Shown here in pieces: positions 19,588-29,619 of a stretch of DNA of 64,000 nt. Under the pieces are notes generated by a model. It saw nothing but the letters and a program-made list of their open reading frames with translations. It did no database searches and had not been told where the DNA came from. Each line of letters begins with the position of its first letter. Positions within the stretch are counted from its first letter, which is position 1. Source of the DNA: Nitrospirota bacterium (lineage in GTDB: Bacteria; Nitrospirota; UBA9217). Made by a program: the position numbers and the translations under genes. The stretch is taken from positions 217,618 through 281,617 of the forward strand of contig CAVUCU010000007.1 in the NCBI GenBank assembly GCA_963740085.1, read 5' to 3'.

Positions 19588-20946
19588 ATGAGAATCAAAC
19601 TGCTTACCACGCTGAGATTCAAAATTGCGTTCTTTATCATCATCCTGCTTCTTATCACCGCCTCCCTTTTTTCCCTTATTACGGTCCAGACGATGAACCG
19701 GCACATCATGGATGAAGTCATCAAAAGAGCGGAATCATTATGCAAAAGCATGGCGGCCCTGGCCCCCTACAGCATTCTCTCCGGCGATCTGCTGGGCATA
19801 GACAATATCGTCTCTAAGGCAAAGGGTGCGAATACCGACGTGGAATACGCGGCAGTCACCAATGCCGAGATGAAGATACTGGCCCATACCGATGTTGCCC
19901 GGCGGGGGGAGATCTTTGTCCCGTATCCACGCAACATATTCAAAGAGAACCAGGACGGGACCCGCGTATATGAAGTTCAGCCCGCGTCGGAAAAGTTGAT
20001 GGAAATTGTCTCTCCCATTCTCTTTGACAACAAACAAATAGGCAGCGTAATTATCGGGATCAACAATTCCGTCCTGTTCCATGCAAGGGCCGAGACCCGG
20101 AGAAAGATCCTGGCCGGGTTCGGTATTACCATGCTTCTGGGCATCGGGTGCATCATTGTGCTGTCTTCCGTCATAACACGGCCCATCAAGGAGCTTACCA
20201 GGGGTGTCGATGAACTCAAGCGGGGAAGACAATCGCGGCTCAGGATCTATTCGCATGATGAACTCGGCAACCTGACTGCGAGTTTCAACCGGATGACCGA
20301 ACTGATCACCAGTCAACAGGCTCGGCTTGGCACCTATGCGACAGAACTGGAAGAGGCATATGTTTCCACGGTCACGGTGCTTTCTGCCGCCATCGATGCC
20401 CGCGACCCATATACACTCGGACATTCCACGCGGGTCTCCAAATTGTCGCTGCGTATGGGAGCGGCAATGGGGCTTTCCCGTCAGGAGCTCGAAGACCTTG
20501 AAATCGCCAGTCTCTTCCACGACGTCGGAAAGCTGAAGACTCCCGACTTCGTTTTACTGAAGGATGGGCCTTTGGACCCGCAGGAGCTCCGCGAAATTGC
20601 GAACCACAGCGAGAATGGCGCCGCGATCCTGAGCAGGGCGCGGTCTCTTCAAAAGTTTATTCCGGCAGTCAGACACCACCACGAATGGTTTAACGGCGAA
20701 GGCTATCCCGATGGCCTGAGGGGTGAGGACATCCCTCTCTACGCTGCCATCATTGCGGTCGCTGACGCCTTCGATGCGATGACGTCCGCCCGGCCTTACA
20801 AGGACGCTCTTTCCCATGAAGAGGCGCTTCAGGAATTGGCCCTTTTTGCGGGGCGGCAGTTCAACCCCCGCCTCGTCGAAGTACTTCACCAGGTTATCGA
20901 AATCCCCTCCCTGTCCACGGAAAATTTTTCAAGCGAAAAAGGATGA
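19588..20946 (+). CDS. Membrane sensor with HAMP and HD-GYP domains (c-di-GMP phosphodiesterase family)
   Basis: Two TM helices around a periplasmic domain, a HAMP segment (DELGNLTASFNRM), and DPYTLGHS, HDVGK, HHHEWFNGEGYPDGL and ADAFDAM motifs. Confidence 0.92.
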   Translation: MRIKLLTTLRFKIAFFIIILLLITASLFSLITVQTMNRHIMDEVIKRAESLCKSMAALAPYSILSGDLLGIDNIVSKAKGANTDVEYAAVTNAEMKILAHTDVARRGEIFVPYPRNIFKENQDGTRVYEVQPASEKLMEIVSPILFDNKQIGSVIIGINNSVLFHARAETRRKILAGFGITMLLGIGCIIVLSSVITRPIKELTRGVDELKRGRQSRLRIYSHDELGNLTASFNRMTELITSQQARLGTYATELEEAYVSTVTVLSAAIDARDPYTLGHSTRVSKLSLRMGAAMGLSRQELEDLEIASLFHDVGKLKTPDFVLLKDGPLDPQELREIANHSENGAAILSRARSLQKFIPAVRHHHEWFNGEGYPDGLRGEDIPLYAAIIAVADAFDAMTSARPYKDALSHEEALQELALFAGRQFNPRLVEVLHQVIEIPSLSTENFSSEKG

Positions 20947-20949
20947 TCC

Positions 20950-21648
20950 ATGCGAGCCCTTAGCCCATTGGCACTGACAATGTTCTGCGCTTGCCTGCTC
21001 GCTTTTGCACCATCGTGCTCGTCTATCCGGGCGTTGTCAAAACCCGCCGGAAACGGAAAAAAGGCGGTCAGTGGTACGGGCAAACAGGCCCAGAAGACGG
21101 TCGATGAAACGGGCAAACAGGCTCAGAAGACGGTCGATGAATCGGGCAAACAGGCTCAGAAGGCGGTCGACGAAACGGTTATACAGGCACAGGTGAATAT
21201 TGTGGGCGGCGAGTATAAGAAGGCTCTCGAGCTCTACGCGAATACCTATGAAACAAAACATACCCTGGAGATGCGCGATAATTATTCCGGAACCGGTGAA
21301 CAGATCCGGAAGATCGCGGACGCGGCGTTTCAGAGAAAGGATTTCGCCGAAGCCGGGAATATTTACAACACGCTGATCGAAAGCGGTATTCTTACGCGGG
21401 ATTTTGCCGATTCGCTGTCATTCAACGAAGATTACCTGATCGGGCAGAAGAAGGCCTGCTCCAAGGCGCTTTTGGAAACGGGCCTGACGATCTATCGTGG
21501 CGGCAAACTTGAGGAGGCGATTTCTATCTGGAAGAAAGCCCTGGTATTCGATCGTGACAACAAAGACATCAAGAGCGCGATCGAAACTGCGACAACTCAG
21601 CTCCAAAACCTGAAAAATATAAAACAAAAGAATTCAGTGACCCCGTAA
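20950..21648 (+). CDS. TPR-containing putative lipoprotein
   Basis: Hydrophobic signal with Cys (APSC) and C-terminal TPR-like helices (EAISIWKKAL); starts 3 nt after the HD-GYP stop. Confidence 0.7.
   Translation: MRALSPLALTMFCACLLAFAPSCSSIRALSKPAGNGKKAVSGTGKQAQKTVDETGKQAQKTVDESGKQAQKAVDETVIQAQVNIVGGEYKKALELYANTYETKHTLEMRDNYSGTGEQIRKIADAAFQRKDFAEAGNIYNTLIESGILTRDFADSLSFNEDYLIGQKKACSKALLETGLTIYRGGKLEEAISIWKKALVFDRDNKDIKSAIETATTQLQNLKNIKQKNSVTP
21076..21192 (+). repeat. About 3.5 x 33-nt tandem repeat (TGKQAQKTVDE)
   Basis: ACGGGCAAACAGGCCCAGAAGACGGTCGATGAA repeated with few substitutions. Confidence 0.92.
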
Positions 21649-21649
21649 T

Positions 21650-22354
21650 TCACGCTTTTCCGTCCAGATACCTCCGTCTTTTCCCTTCCGGGAACCGCTC
21701 GATCGCATATCGCAGCATTGTCCGCGGCATTTTTCTGTAATACTGCCTCAGAAATTCCTCTTCGCGGGGAAGGGAACGCTTGCCGACCTCGCGCAACATC
21801 CATCCCACCGCCTTGTGGAGAAGATCGTGATCGTCCTTCAGAAGGATCTTCGATATCCCGAGCGCATCATCGAAATCGTTCTGCTTGATAAACGGGAATG
21901 TTGCCAATATCGCCATCCGTCGTTTCCACAGGTCCTTTGATCTCGCGAACACATACAGCGGCTTCCTGTTCTTGTCCAGAAGGTATGCCCCGAGGATGTT
22001 CGGCGCCGACAGGTCCACGAGGTCCCAGTTATTAATGTGCTTTGTGTTCGCGAGGTAAAGGCCGTAGATTTTCCTTTTCAGTGCGTCATCGCCCCCTGAA
22101 TATGCATGGACCAGCATAAAAAGCGCGAGCAGGCGTTCTTCGTGAACGGTTGAAGAAAGCAGTGTCGTGACCTCGCCAAGCGATGCACCATGAAATTCCT
22201 TCGCCACCCTCCGGATGTCCGGGACCACGACCCCGAGAAAAATGTCCCCCTCCCCGTACTCACCCGGTCCGGTCTTGAAGAACCCCCGAAGGACCTTTGC
22301 CTTCTCTCTGCTCGCGAATTGCCGCAAGCGTTTTTGGATATTTTCCGCGGTCAT
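21650..22354 (-). CDS. DNA alkylation repair protein (AlkD-like)
   Basis: FFKTGPGEYGEGD, INNWDLVD, KAVGWMLREVGK and MPRTMLRYAIE motifs. Confidence 0.9.
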   Translation of the reverse strand: MTAENIQKRLRQFASREKAKVLRGFFKTGPGEYGEGDIFLGVVVPDIRRVAKEFHGASLGEVTTLLSSTVHEERLLALFMLVHAYSGGDDALKRKIYGLYLANTKHINNWDLVDLSAPNILGAYLLDKNRKPLYVFARSKDLWKRRMAILATFPFIKQNDFDDALGISKILLKDDHDLLHKAVGWMLREVGKRSLPREEEFLRQYYRKMPRTMLRYAIERFPEGKRRRYLDGKA

Positions 22355-22515
22355 AGAATTAAGATAGATAGGCGCATATTTCATTTGTTAATCATGAGGT
22401 AATTAAACAGCATAAGACGTGCATTTTTCACCTACTACTGTTCACCTCGAATTATAGAAATCATTAACGAATTCTGGTTGAAACTTTCTAACGATGAATA
22501 CAGCGCCCTGACCAA

Positions 22516-25087
22516 CTACTTCACCTGGTCCAGTACACTCCGCACCTGCTTTAAAAGCATCATCGGTGAAACAGGCTTAAAAACCACCGGCGTCTTGTCC
22601 TCAAGCAACAGCCTCTGCCGGATCAAGTCAGGGGCGTAACCGCTTTGGAACAGGATCTTGATATCGGGCTGGATCGCCCTGATACTCGTCATAAGCCTCT
22701 TTCCCGGACTTCTTTGGCATGATAATATCGAACAGCAACAACTCGATCCTGTCTTTGTTCTCCTTAAACTTGTTCACTACGTCCTGACCATCGACCGCAG
22801 CGATCACGGTGTAACCGGCCGATTCTAGTATTGCCGTGGTCATAATTCTGACCATTTCGTCATCTTCCGCAAGCAAAATTGTTTCCGCGCCTCCCTTGTG
22901 GCGCTCCTGCACCGGTTTATTCTTCTCTTTCACACTTTCGGAGATGAGCGGCAAATAGATTTTGAAGGTCGTACCCTGGCCCAGTTCGCTGTAAACATTG
23001 ATGAAACCTTCGTGCTGTTTGATGATGCCGTATACAATTGCAAGCCCCAGTCCGGTGCCTTTTCCTACCCCTTTGGTTGTGAAGAAGGGCTCGAAGATAT
23101 GCTCCCGGGTGACCGCATCCATGCCTTTGCCCGTATCTGATACGGTGATCAACCCATAGATGCCAGGCTTGCCGTATCCATGGATGGAGATAAACACTTC
23201 ATCCAGACGCGCCTCCTCTGTGGCAATAGTGAAGGTGTCTCCCGTTGCCATTGAGTCGCGAGCGTTCGTTGCCAGGTTCATCAGGACCTGCTCAAGCTGA
23301 TGGGCATCGCCGAAAATCGGCAATGCTGACTCAAAGAGCACTGTTCTGCATTCAACATCCTCACCAATGACCCGCTTCAGGAATTTATCCACCGTCCGGA
23401 TGATCTCATTCAGGTCCACGGGCTTTCGTTCGCTGATTTGTTTTCTGCTGAACAGGAGGAGGCTTTGCGTCAAACGTGCGGCCCTTTCCCCAGCCTCGAG
23501 TATTTGCTCGATGTTCTCGCGATGGGGATCGTCTTTTGCCATCTTCATGAGGGCAATGTTCCCGTAGCCGATGATAACAGAAAGGATATTGTTGAAATCG
23601 TGGGCAATACCGCCGGCTAGGGTGCCGATCGATTCCATCTTCTGAGCATGGCGAAGCTGTTCTTCGAGTTTCTGCTGGTCCGTGATGTCGCGGAAGATAC
23701 CGAGGAGGCACTGCTTTCCGCCCAAAGTCACAGACGTGGAACTGATGTCCACATAAAAGAGCGACCCATCCTTTCTCAACATCGGGACCTTGAGCTCACG
23801 CGTGATCTCTCCGCGCACCTGTTTTTGAAAACTCTCTGAGATGGCGGGCAGTTCCTCTTTCGGATGAATATCATCAATACTCAGGCCAACGATCTCGTCA
23901 CGTGTATAACCGAGCATTATGCACATGGCCTTATTTGCCTCAATAAAATTCGTGGTCTCCGCGTCGGCGATCAGGATTCCGTAGGTCGCCTGTTCGAATA
24001 TGGACCGGAACTTTTCTTCGCTTACCTGAAGTGCCTCTTTCGCTTGCTTGCGAACGGTAATATCGTGGGCAACATAGACCGTACCTATCGGAATGCCACG
24101 ATCGTCCGTCACCGCGGATACCGATACGATAACATCGAATCGCTTTTCGTTCTGCCGGGCCAGACCATCTCCCGGGCGAGGGTACGCTCTTCTGCCCGGA
24201 CTGCGACGCTGGATCCGTTGGGAATACGAATAATGGATGTCAGCTCTTCACCGAGGAGATCGGATTTTTTATTCCCAAGCATCTCCAGGGCAGCGCGATT
24301 GATCAGCCGTATCTTCCCCTCGAGGTCGATGACTATTACGGCCCCATCCATGGTCTCCAGAATCTGGTCGGCGACCAGCTCCGGCGTAATGTCAACGAGC
24401 CGGTATTGTATGACCACATAAGAGCAAATCACAACAAAGATAAACAGGGGGACATAACCGAACGGATAAACTGGAACGCCCAGCGCGGGGAGAAAGTCAA
24501 CCGCTCCCACATAGGCAATGCTGAAGGCTATAAGCAGCCTCTGAACCGTTTTTTGTGCAGCTCGTTCGTGCTGAGTCGGTATTCCTGCCAGTAGAGGCGA
24601 AGGGTGAGGACCATGATAAAGAAGAAAAAGCCGATAAACACGAACCCCAACAGCCATACTGTACGAAATTGCCCCAAAAGAATCGGGCGCTTCCGCGTAC
24701 ATGCAAATCCGTGAAGATGACCCCAAAGGCAAGGAGCGTTGACAAAACGATGCTTGCTGCGATGGTGAAACGGAAACGATGGAACAGGCCAAGGCGGGCT
24801 ACGGTAAACAAAAGCACGGTAGTGGGGATGAAGACAGAGCCGAGTTGAGAGATCCGGATCCAGAGAAGTGATAGGCCATCATTATGGCTTGCATAGTTTA
24901 CACCGGTCGCTGATAGATAGAGGCTGGTGCTCAGGCCCATGAGGAGGAACAACATCCCGATAAGGGAACCATGCTCTCGGACCAGGACAAAGAGCCCCAG
25001 AAGGGCAATCGAAACACCAACGACGAGCATAGGCACTGCATAACCATTCAGACTGTAGTTCGCGGGATTTAGTATCTGCAGGATCAT
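22516..25087 (-). pseudogene. Hybrid sensor histidine kinase (N-terminal multi-TM, PAS x2, HisKA, HATPase, REC), broken by about 5 frameshifts
   Basis: Domains continue across ORFs 24497-25174, 24109-24792 and 22628-24112 (AGGIAHDFNN, NLATNARD, GKGTGLGL, LLAEDD). The REC C-terminus (ILFQSGYAPD...VLDQVK*) is in another frame ending at 22516. This could be a real pseudogene or assembly indels. Confidence 0.75.
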
Positions 25088-25427
25088 GCATTCCTCATCA
25101 TGTTCAATTTGAAAACAAACGGATAGCAGGATAGGGATCAGTAAAGAACTTCGCCTATAAAGAACCTGAACCAAAGCACAAGAGGCCAGTAAGGAGCAAA
25201 ACGACCATGAAACGGGAAAAGAGGCACTTCATAGCTCGGCTCATTCTGCCCCACGTGTTGGAATAACGCAATGCCAAATCAAATTATAGCAAAGTTTTTC
25301 AGCTACTTCTGATTATGTCGTATCCACAAAATTATTCCAGTTTAACCGGATAAAGACTCGTCAATTTTGTTATATGCACTCCTCCAAACCATCAGAAGGC
25401 TACACATAACGGGAAGGAGCTGCGTCT

Positions 25428-25817
25428 TTATTTCGCACTCTTATTTCCCTTCAGCTTCTTCGCAGCGTTTTCGGCAACCTGGAACTTCACAATCTTTGTG
25501 ATCAGCTTTAGCGGGATCGGCTGGTCAATGGGGAACTGAACCGACCCCTTCGCATGCTTGTACTTCTTGAAATCATCTTGAAATTTGGCAATTCCGCTCG
25601 ATGTCGGATAGAATCCGATATGGTTTTTGAAAGCGGCGAACGATACAAGATTGCCATTGTAGGAGAAAGATGGTATTTGATAACTAATCTTTTCCGTAGC
25701 TTCCGGGGCCGCCTTCTTGATGGTGGCCCGTATTTCCGAGAGTATGCGCTTCACATTATCAGGGAATCCTTCAATGTATTGATCGATTGCTGTTAGTTCG
25801 TTGGTTTTCGCATTCAC
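25428..25817 (-). CDS. DUF1801/YdhG-like protein
   Basis: IDQYI, APEATEKISYQIP, FAAFKNHIGFYP and KGSVQFP motifs. Confidence 0.85.
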   Translation of the reverse strand: MNAKTNELTAIDQYIEGFPDNVKRILSEIRATIKKAAPEATEKISYQIPSFSYNGNLVSFAAFKNHIGFYPTSSGIAKFQDDFKKYKHAKGSVQFPIDQPIPLKLITKIVKFQVAENAAKKLKGNKSAK

Positions 25818-25937
25818 TTGGAACTCCTTGTCGTGCCCAATAAGGGGATCACTATTTCCCCTCGATGTAACGACTCCACTATTCTATTTCAAAAATGCAG
25901 TGTTGCAATGAATGGAAGCACTGCAGACTACAGTCAA

Positions 25938-27134
25938 CTATGTGCAGCTCACCGATGATGCCAGATATCTCTGTTTGTGTGACAACATGGCAAAAAGCAT
26001 TCGAGTAAGTTTATGCATTGTTGCCATGACTGCTTTCTTATAAGGCAATCCAGCTTGTTTCTTTTTCTGGTAATACGCTCGGAATTTATCGTTATTGAGG
26101 ATCACATTTACCGTCATGAGCCAAAGAACACGTCGAAGGTGCCTATTTCCTCTCTTTGAGATTCTGCTCTTTCCCTCGTACTTGCCGGATTGATACACTG
26201 TTGGATCAATCCCTGCGTAGGCAATCAAATGTTTGTGCGTCTCGTAGCTCTCGATTCGTCCTAGCTCAGCCAAAAAAGTGGTACCGGTTCCGTTACCGAT
26301 GCCTACCACGGATGTTACAATCTCCAGGTCTTCGACCATCAGAGAGTTGCAGTAGTCCGTGAGCATGACCGTCAACTCATCTCGACGATCCTCCAGATGG
26401 ATTAGTGTCGAGATTTTCCCCCGGAGGATAGTCTCTTTGGCTGGACTGACCGTCCCAACCGAGTTCTTGGCCAGTTTGATGATATCCTCCGCCGTAAAGG
26501 TTGATATTCTGCTCCCTGAACCTCGTGGCTCCATAGCTTTAGCTATTGCCCGGGGTTTGGCAAGCACAATCAAACGAGCCGAGGGAAACTTCTTCAGAAA
26601 TTCAAGCATGATGCCCGAATAGACGCCGCAGAGCCGCTCAAGCTCAGGAAAGGTCGTCTGCAAGACCCGCTTGATCTCGGTCTTGGTCGCGGAAATCAAA
26701 TGGCTCAGCGACTCTCTCTCCCGGGCGAGATCTCGCATATCCTGCATATCCTGGCTGACGGACATCTGAGAAATCTTATCCGTGTGAGCCAGCAGGAACT
26801 GGGCGATCGTCAGTGCGTCTTTCTTATCGGTCTTGGTCTTCCGGAGCGTAAGTTTGGCAAAGTTCGAAATCAACAGCGGGTTAATGACTACGGCTCGGAT
26901 GCCCTGAGACGTGAGATAAGAGAATAGATTGATGTGATAGCAGCCCGTGGACTCCATGCCGACGATGACCGTAGAAACATATGGTTGCTGTGCCATTATC
27001 ATCTTCAGCAACTTCGAGAACCCATCACTGTCCATGGTACAATCTTGGGCGAAACAGCGTGTCCCTTTGCCGTCAAGGCCAGCGGCAGAAAAGGACTCTT
27101 TGGAAACATCGACGCCAACGGTCAAACTTTCCAT
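25938..27134 (-). CDS. IS110-family transposase/recombinase (DEDD)
   Basis: GVDVSK, MESTG and KTDKKDA (DEDD catalytic residues); C-terminal AYAGIDP-QSG-ISKRGN; RBS GGAGGAGG before ATG 27134. Confidence 0.95.
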   Translation of the reverse strand: MESLTVGVDVSKESFSAAGLDGKGTRCFAQDCTMDSDGFSKLLKMIMAQQPYVSTVIVGMESTGCYHINLFSYLTSQGIRAVVINPLLISNFAKLTLRKTKTDKKDALTIAQFLLAHTDKISQMSVSQDMQDMRDLARERESLSHLISATKTEIKRVLQTTFPELERLCGVYSGIMLEFLKKFPSARLIVLAKPRAIAKAMEPRGSGSRISTFTAEDIIKLAKNSVGTVSPAKETILRGKISTLIHLEDRRDELTVMLTDYCNSLMVEDLEIVTSVVGIGNGTGTTFLAELGRIESYETHKHLIAYAGIDPTVYQSGKYEGKSRISKRGNRHLRRVLWLMTVNVILNNDKFRAYYQKKKQAGLPYKKAVMATMHKLTRMLFAMLSHKQRYLASSVSCT

Positions 27135-27320
27135 TGATCCCTCCTCCATGCAAGATTTAGACAGGCAGGAAACGCCTCCCGACCAATCCTCCATCGTTAC
27201 CAGGGCTCTTTGGCCCAATCAACCTATCATGGCTATGGGAGGCAGGGAACAAACTGTACTGAGGGTTCAAGGACCGAGGAAGTAAACTAAGTTCTCCTGC
27301 CCTTCTATGACATCTATATA
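27135..27320 (-). ncRNA. Putative IS110 bridge RNA-encoding non-coding end
   Basis: About 190 nt upstream of the recombinase, with two large stem-loops containing internal loops (GGCAGG/CCUGCC; CUCCC/GGGAG enclosing GGGC/GCCC). Inferred from known IS110 architecture. Confidence 0.55.
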
Positions 27321-27463
27321 GCACAACTAATCGTAGGAGGAAGTACTTTTTCACCAGTCTTGCGCCGGTACAAATTGACAAGTGACCGCTACCGGCATGA
27401 AACCCTTTGGAAACAACTCGGGCGCGGAACAACATCGTTCCGAGCCCGTATTCATTCAGAGTA

Positions 27464-28270
27464 TTATTTTTTTAAGACCTCTGCAAAGAAGCTGGTCATG
27501 TCCTCCCATGACCTCTTGTCAGCGTCGGCATTATACGCCAAAGGAAGGCCGAACTTCTTGCCCAGTTCGTCCGCTTCCGGGTTCGTGAAGCTGTGGACCG
27601 CGCCCGGATAGTTGATAAACTGAAAATCGACCTTGGCATCTCGCATTTCCTGCATGAACGCATCGATCGTCTGCTGCGACGTAAACTTGTCGTCCTCGCC
27701 GTTATATACCCGGATCTTTGCCTTGACCTTTCCCGCCTGGGCGGGTTTAACCGCGACAAGACTGCCGTGGAAGCTTGCCACGGCCTTGAGGTCTTCGCCC
27801 TGCCGCGCCATGTTCAGCACCACACCGCCGCCGAAGCAATAGCCGATTGCCGCGATCCGTTCCGGGTCCACGGTCTTCTGCTTTTTAAGAAAATTCATGG
27901 CCGCCTCGAACCGCTTCTTGGCAACGGGGAAGTTCTTCATGGTCTCGGACGAGAACTTGGCCGCGTCATCGGGATGCGTTGCGGTCTTCCCTTCGCCATA
28001 CATGTCCACTGCCAGCGCCGTGTATCCCAGTTCTGCCAGCATCCGCGCGCGTTTTCGGACATACTCGTTCAGTCCCCACCACTCGTGTACGACGAGAACA
28101 CCCGGCCGCTTGCCTTTGATGTTCTCATCATAGGCAAGGTAACCCTTCATGGTCACTCCGCCCGCCTTATAGTCAACGGGTTCACCCTTGATCTTTGGAG
28201 CAGCGAAAACCGCACCGGCAACGATCAATACCATTACAGCGGCAGACAGCCCAACATTGATTTTTTTCAT
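27464..28270 (-). CDS. Dienelactone hydrolase family protein, exported
   Basis: Signal peptide and VHEWWGLN, GYCFGG and HSFTNP motifs. Confidence 0.93.
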   Translation of the reverse strand: MKKINVGLSAAVMVLIVAGAVFAAPKIKGEPVDYKAGGVTMKGYLAYDENIKGKRPGVLVVHEWWGLNEYVRKRARMLAELGYTALAVDMYGEGKTATHPDDAAKFSSETMKNFPVAKKRFEAAMNFLKKQKTVDPERIAAIGYCFGGGVVLNMARQGEDLKAVASFHGSLVAVKPAQAGKVKAKIRVYNGEDDKFTSQQTIDAFMQEMRDAKVDFQFINYPGAVHSFTNPEADELGKKFGLPLAYNADADKRSWEDMTSFFAEVLKK

Positions 28271-28456
28271 AACAGCCTCCCTCGTTCAATAAAAAAGATC
28301 ATGCACTACCCTGTCGGATATCAGCGCCTGAATCCGGCTGAATATCGGTGCATGCAGTAAAAACGCTATCCAAGTGACCCTTGATGAGGATGAGAGAGAA
28401 TTGAGTTGCTGATAAGCTCTAGTGTAGCAGAAAATAATGGCTCTTTGGCAGGGGGA

Positions 28457-28924
28457 CTACCGATTTCTTTCCTTCACCACCCGTTCCACTTCCCGTTTCG
28501 ACTCCTTCGCCTTGATCGCCTCACGCTTGTCATAGGTCTTCTTGCCCTTGGCAAGACCGATCAGCACCTTGGCCCTGCCGCGCACGAAATAGATCTTGAG
28601 CGGGATGAGCGTGAACCCCTTTTGCGACACCTTCCAGGTGATCTTCCGGATCTCTTCTTTATGCAGCAGGAGCTTGCGCGTCCGGAGCGGCTCATGGTTC
28701 ATGATATTGCCGTGTGTATAGGGGCTGATGCTCGCATTCAGAAGGTACATCTCTTCATTCTTGACGATGGCGTAGCTGTCCGTCAGGTTCGCGAGCCCGA
28801 GGCGCAGGGACTTGACCTCGGTGCCCTGAAGTGAGATGCCTGCCTCGACGGTCTCTTCAACGAAGTAGTCGTGGTACGCCTTGCGGTTCGTAGCGACCGC
28901 GGTGTCCTGTTTTTTTTCTGTCAT
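28457..28924 (-). CDS. smpB: SsrA-binding protein
   Basis: NRKAYHDY, EAGISLQGTEVKSLR, RKLLLHK and GKKTYDKR motifs. Confidence 0.98.
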   Translation of the reverse strand: MTEKKQDTAVATNRKAYHDYFVEETVEAGISLQGTEVKSLRLGLANLTDSYAIVKNEEMYLLNASISPYTHGNIMNHEPLRTRKLLLHKEEIRKITWKVSQKGFTLIPLKIYFVRGRAKVLIGLAKGKKTYDKREAIKAKESKREVERVVKERNR

Positions 28925-28943
28925 AAATGATCAGGGATACATG

Positions 28944-29243
28944 TTACATTTCGGATCTGCTGACAAGCCTGTATGTCTCCTCGTAGATGCGTTCACGGGG
29001 ACCGACTGCGATAATTTCAATGCGCTTTTCCTTCATGAGACGATAGATGATCCTGAACCGGCTGACACGATAGCTTCTCAATCCGTACAGTTCCTCGGTC
29101 AGGGCCTTTCCTGCGTACGGGTCAGCCGCGATCACGTGAAAAGCGGTTTTTAGTTTCCTTTTGATGTCCGGATGGAGATTGCGGAGGACCGAGGCGGCAT
29201 GATCGGCTACCAGCATTCTATAGAGTTGCCGCTTTCTATTCAT
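28944..29243 (-). CDS. RelE/ParE-family toxin
   Basis: GKALTEELYGLRSYRVSRFRIIYR and IIAVGPRERIY; directly downstream of the antitoxin. Confidence 0.88.
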   Translation of the reverse strand: MNRKRQLYRMLVADHAASVLRNLHPDIKRKLKTAFHVIAADPYAGKALTEELYGLRSYRVSRFRIIYRLMKEKRIEIIAVGPRERIYEETYRLVSRSEM

Positions 29244-29245
29244 GC

Positions 29246-29506
29246 TCAGTCGAAGAGTTCTTCAAGCGTGTAGAGTCTCGCTTTCCTTTGTTTGAGGTCC
29301 TTCAGGCCTTCTTTGATTTCACGCATCAGGGCTGCATCAGAACGCACGGCGATGGTCTCCTTAAGGCTCTCGAACTCTTCGGGGCTCACCAGAACCGCGG
29401 CCGGCGCTCCATTCTTCGTAATAAGCACTTCCTCGTCCGTGGCCTGGACTGCGTCGATGAGACTGCTCAGTTTCATCTTCGCTTCGGAAAGCGACAGCGT
29501 CTTCAT
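29246..29506 (-). CDS. Phd/YefM-family antitoxin
   Basis: MKTLSLSEAKMKLSSLID...ITKNGAPAAVLVS; RBS GGAGG. Confidence 0.92.
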   Translation of the reverse strand: MKTLSLSEAKMKLSSLIDAVQATDEEVLITKNGAPAAVLVSPEEFESLKETIAVRSDAALMREIKEGLKDLKQRKARLYTLEELFD

Positions 29507-29528
29507 TCGTGATGACCTCCATTCAGGT

Positions 29529-29575
29529 TGACCAGAATTATGACCAATACTACCACCTGTCGCCCTTAGTGTCAA
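29529..29575 (-). promoter_or_regulatory. Toxin-antitoxin promoter with candidate operator
   Basis: Minus strand TTGACA-N17-TAGTAT, followed by two TGGTCA direct repeats 12 nt apart. Confidence 0.7.
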
Positions 29576-29619
29576 GCCGGCGAAAGAGCTGTCCTCCTGA
29601 CTCCTGAAGTTTTTAACTA

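Larger units (their letters stand above)
25917..27324 (-). mobile_element. IS110-family insertion sequence (ends tentative)
   Basis: Contains an IS110 recombinase, a long upstream non-coding end and a short downstream end. No terminal inverted repeats seen. AGCAC occurs at both putative boundaries (25917-25921 and 27320-27324). Confidence 0.75.
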
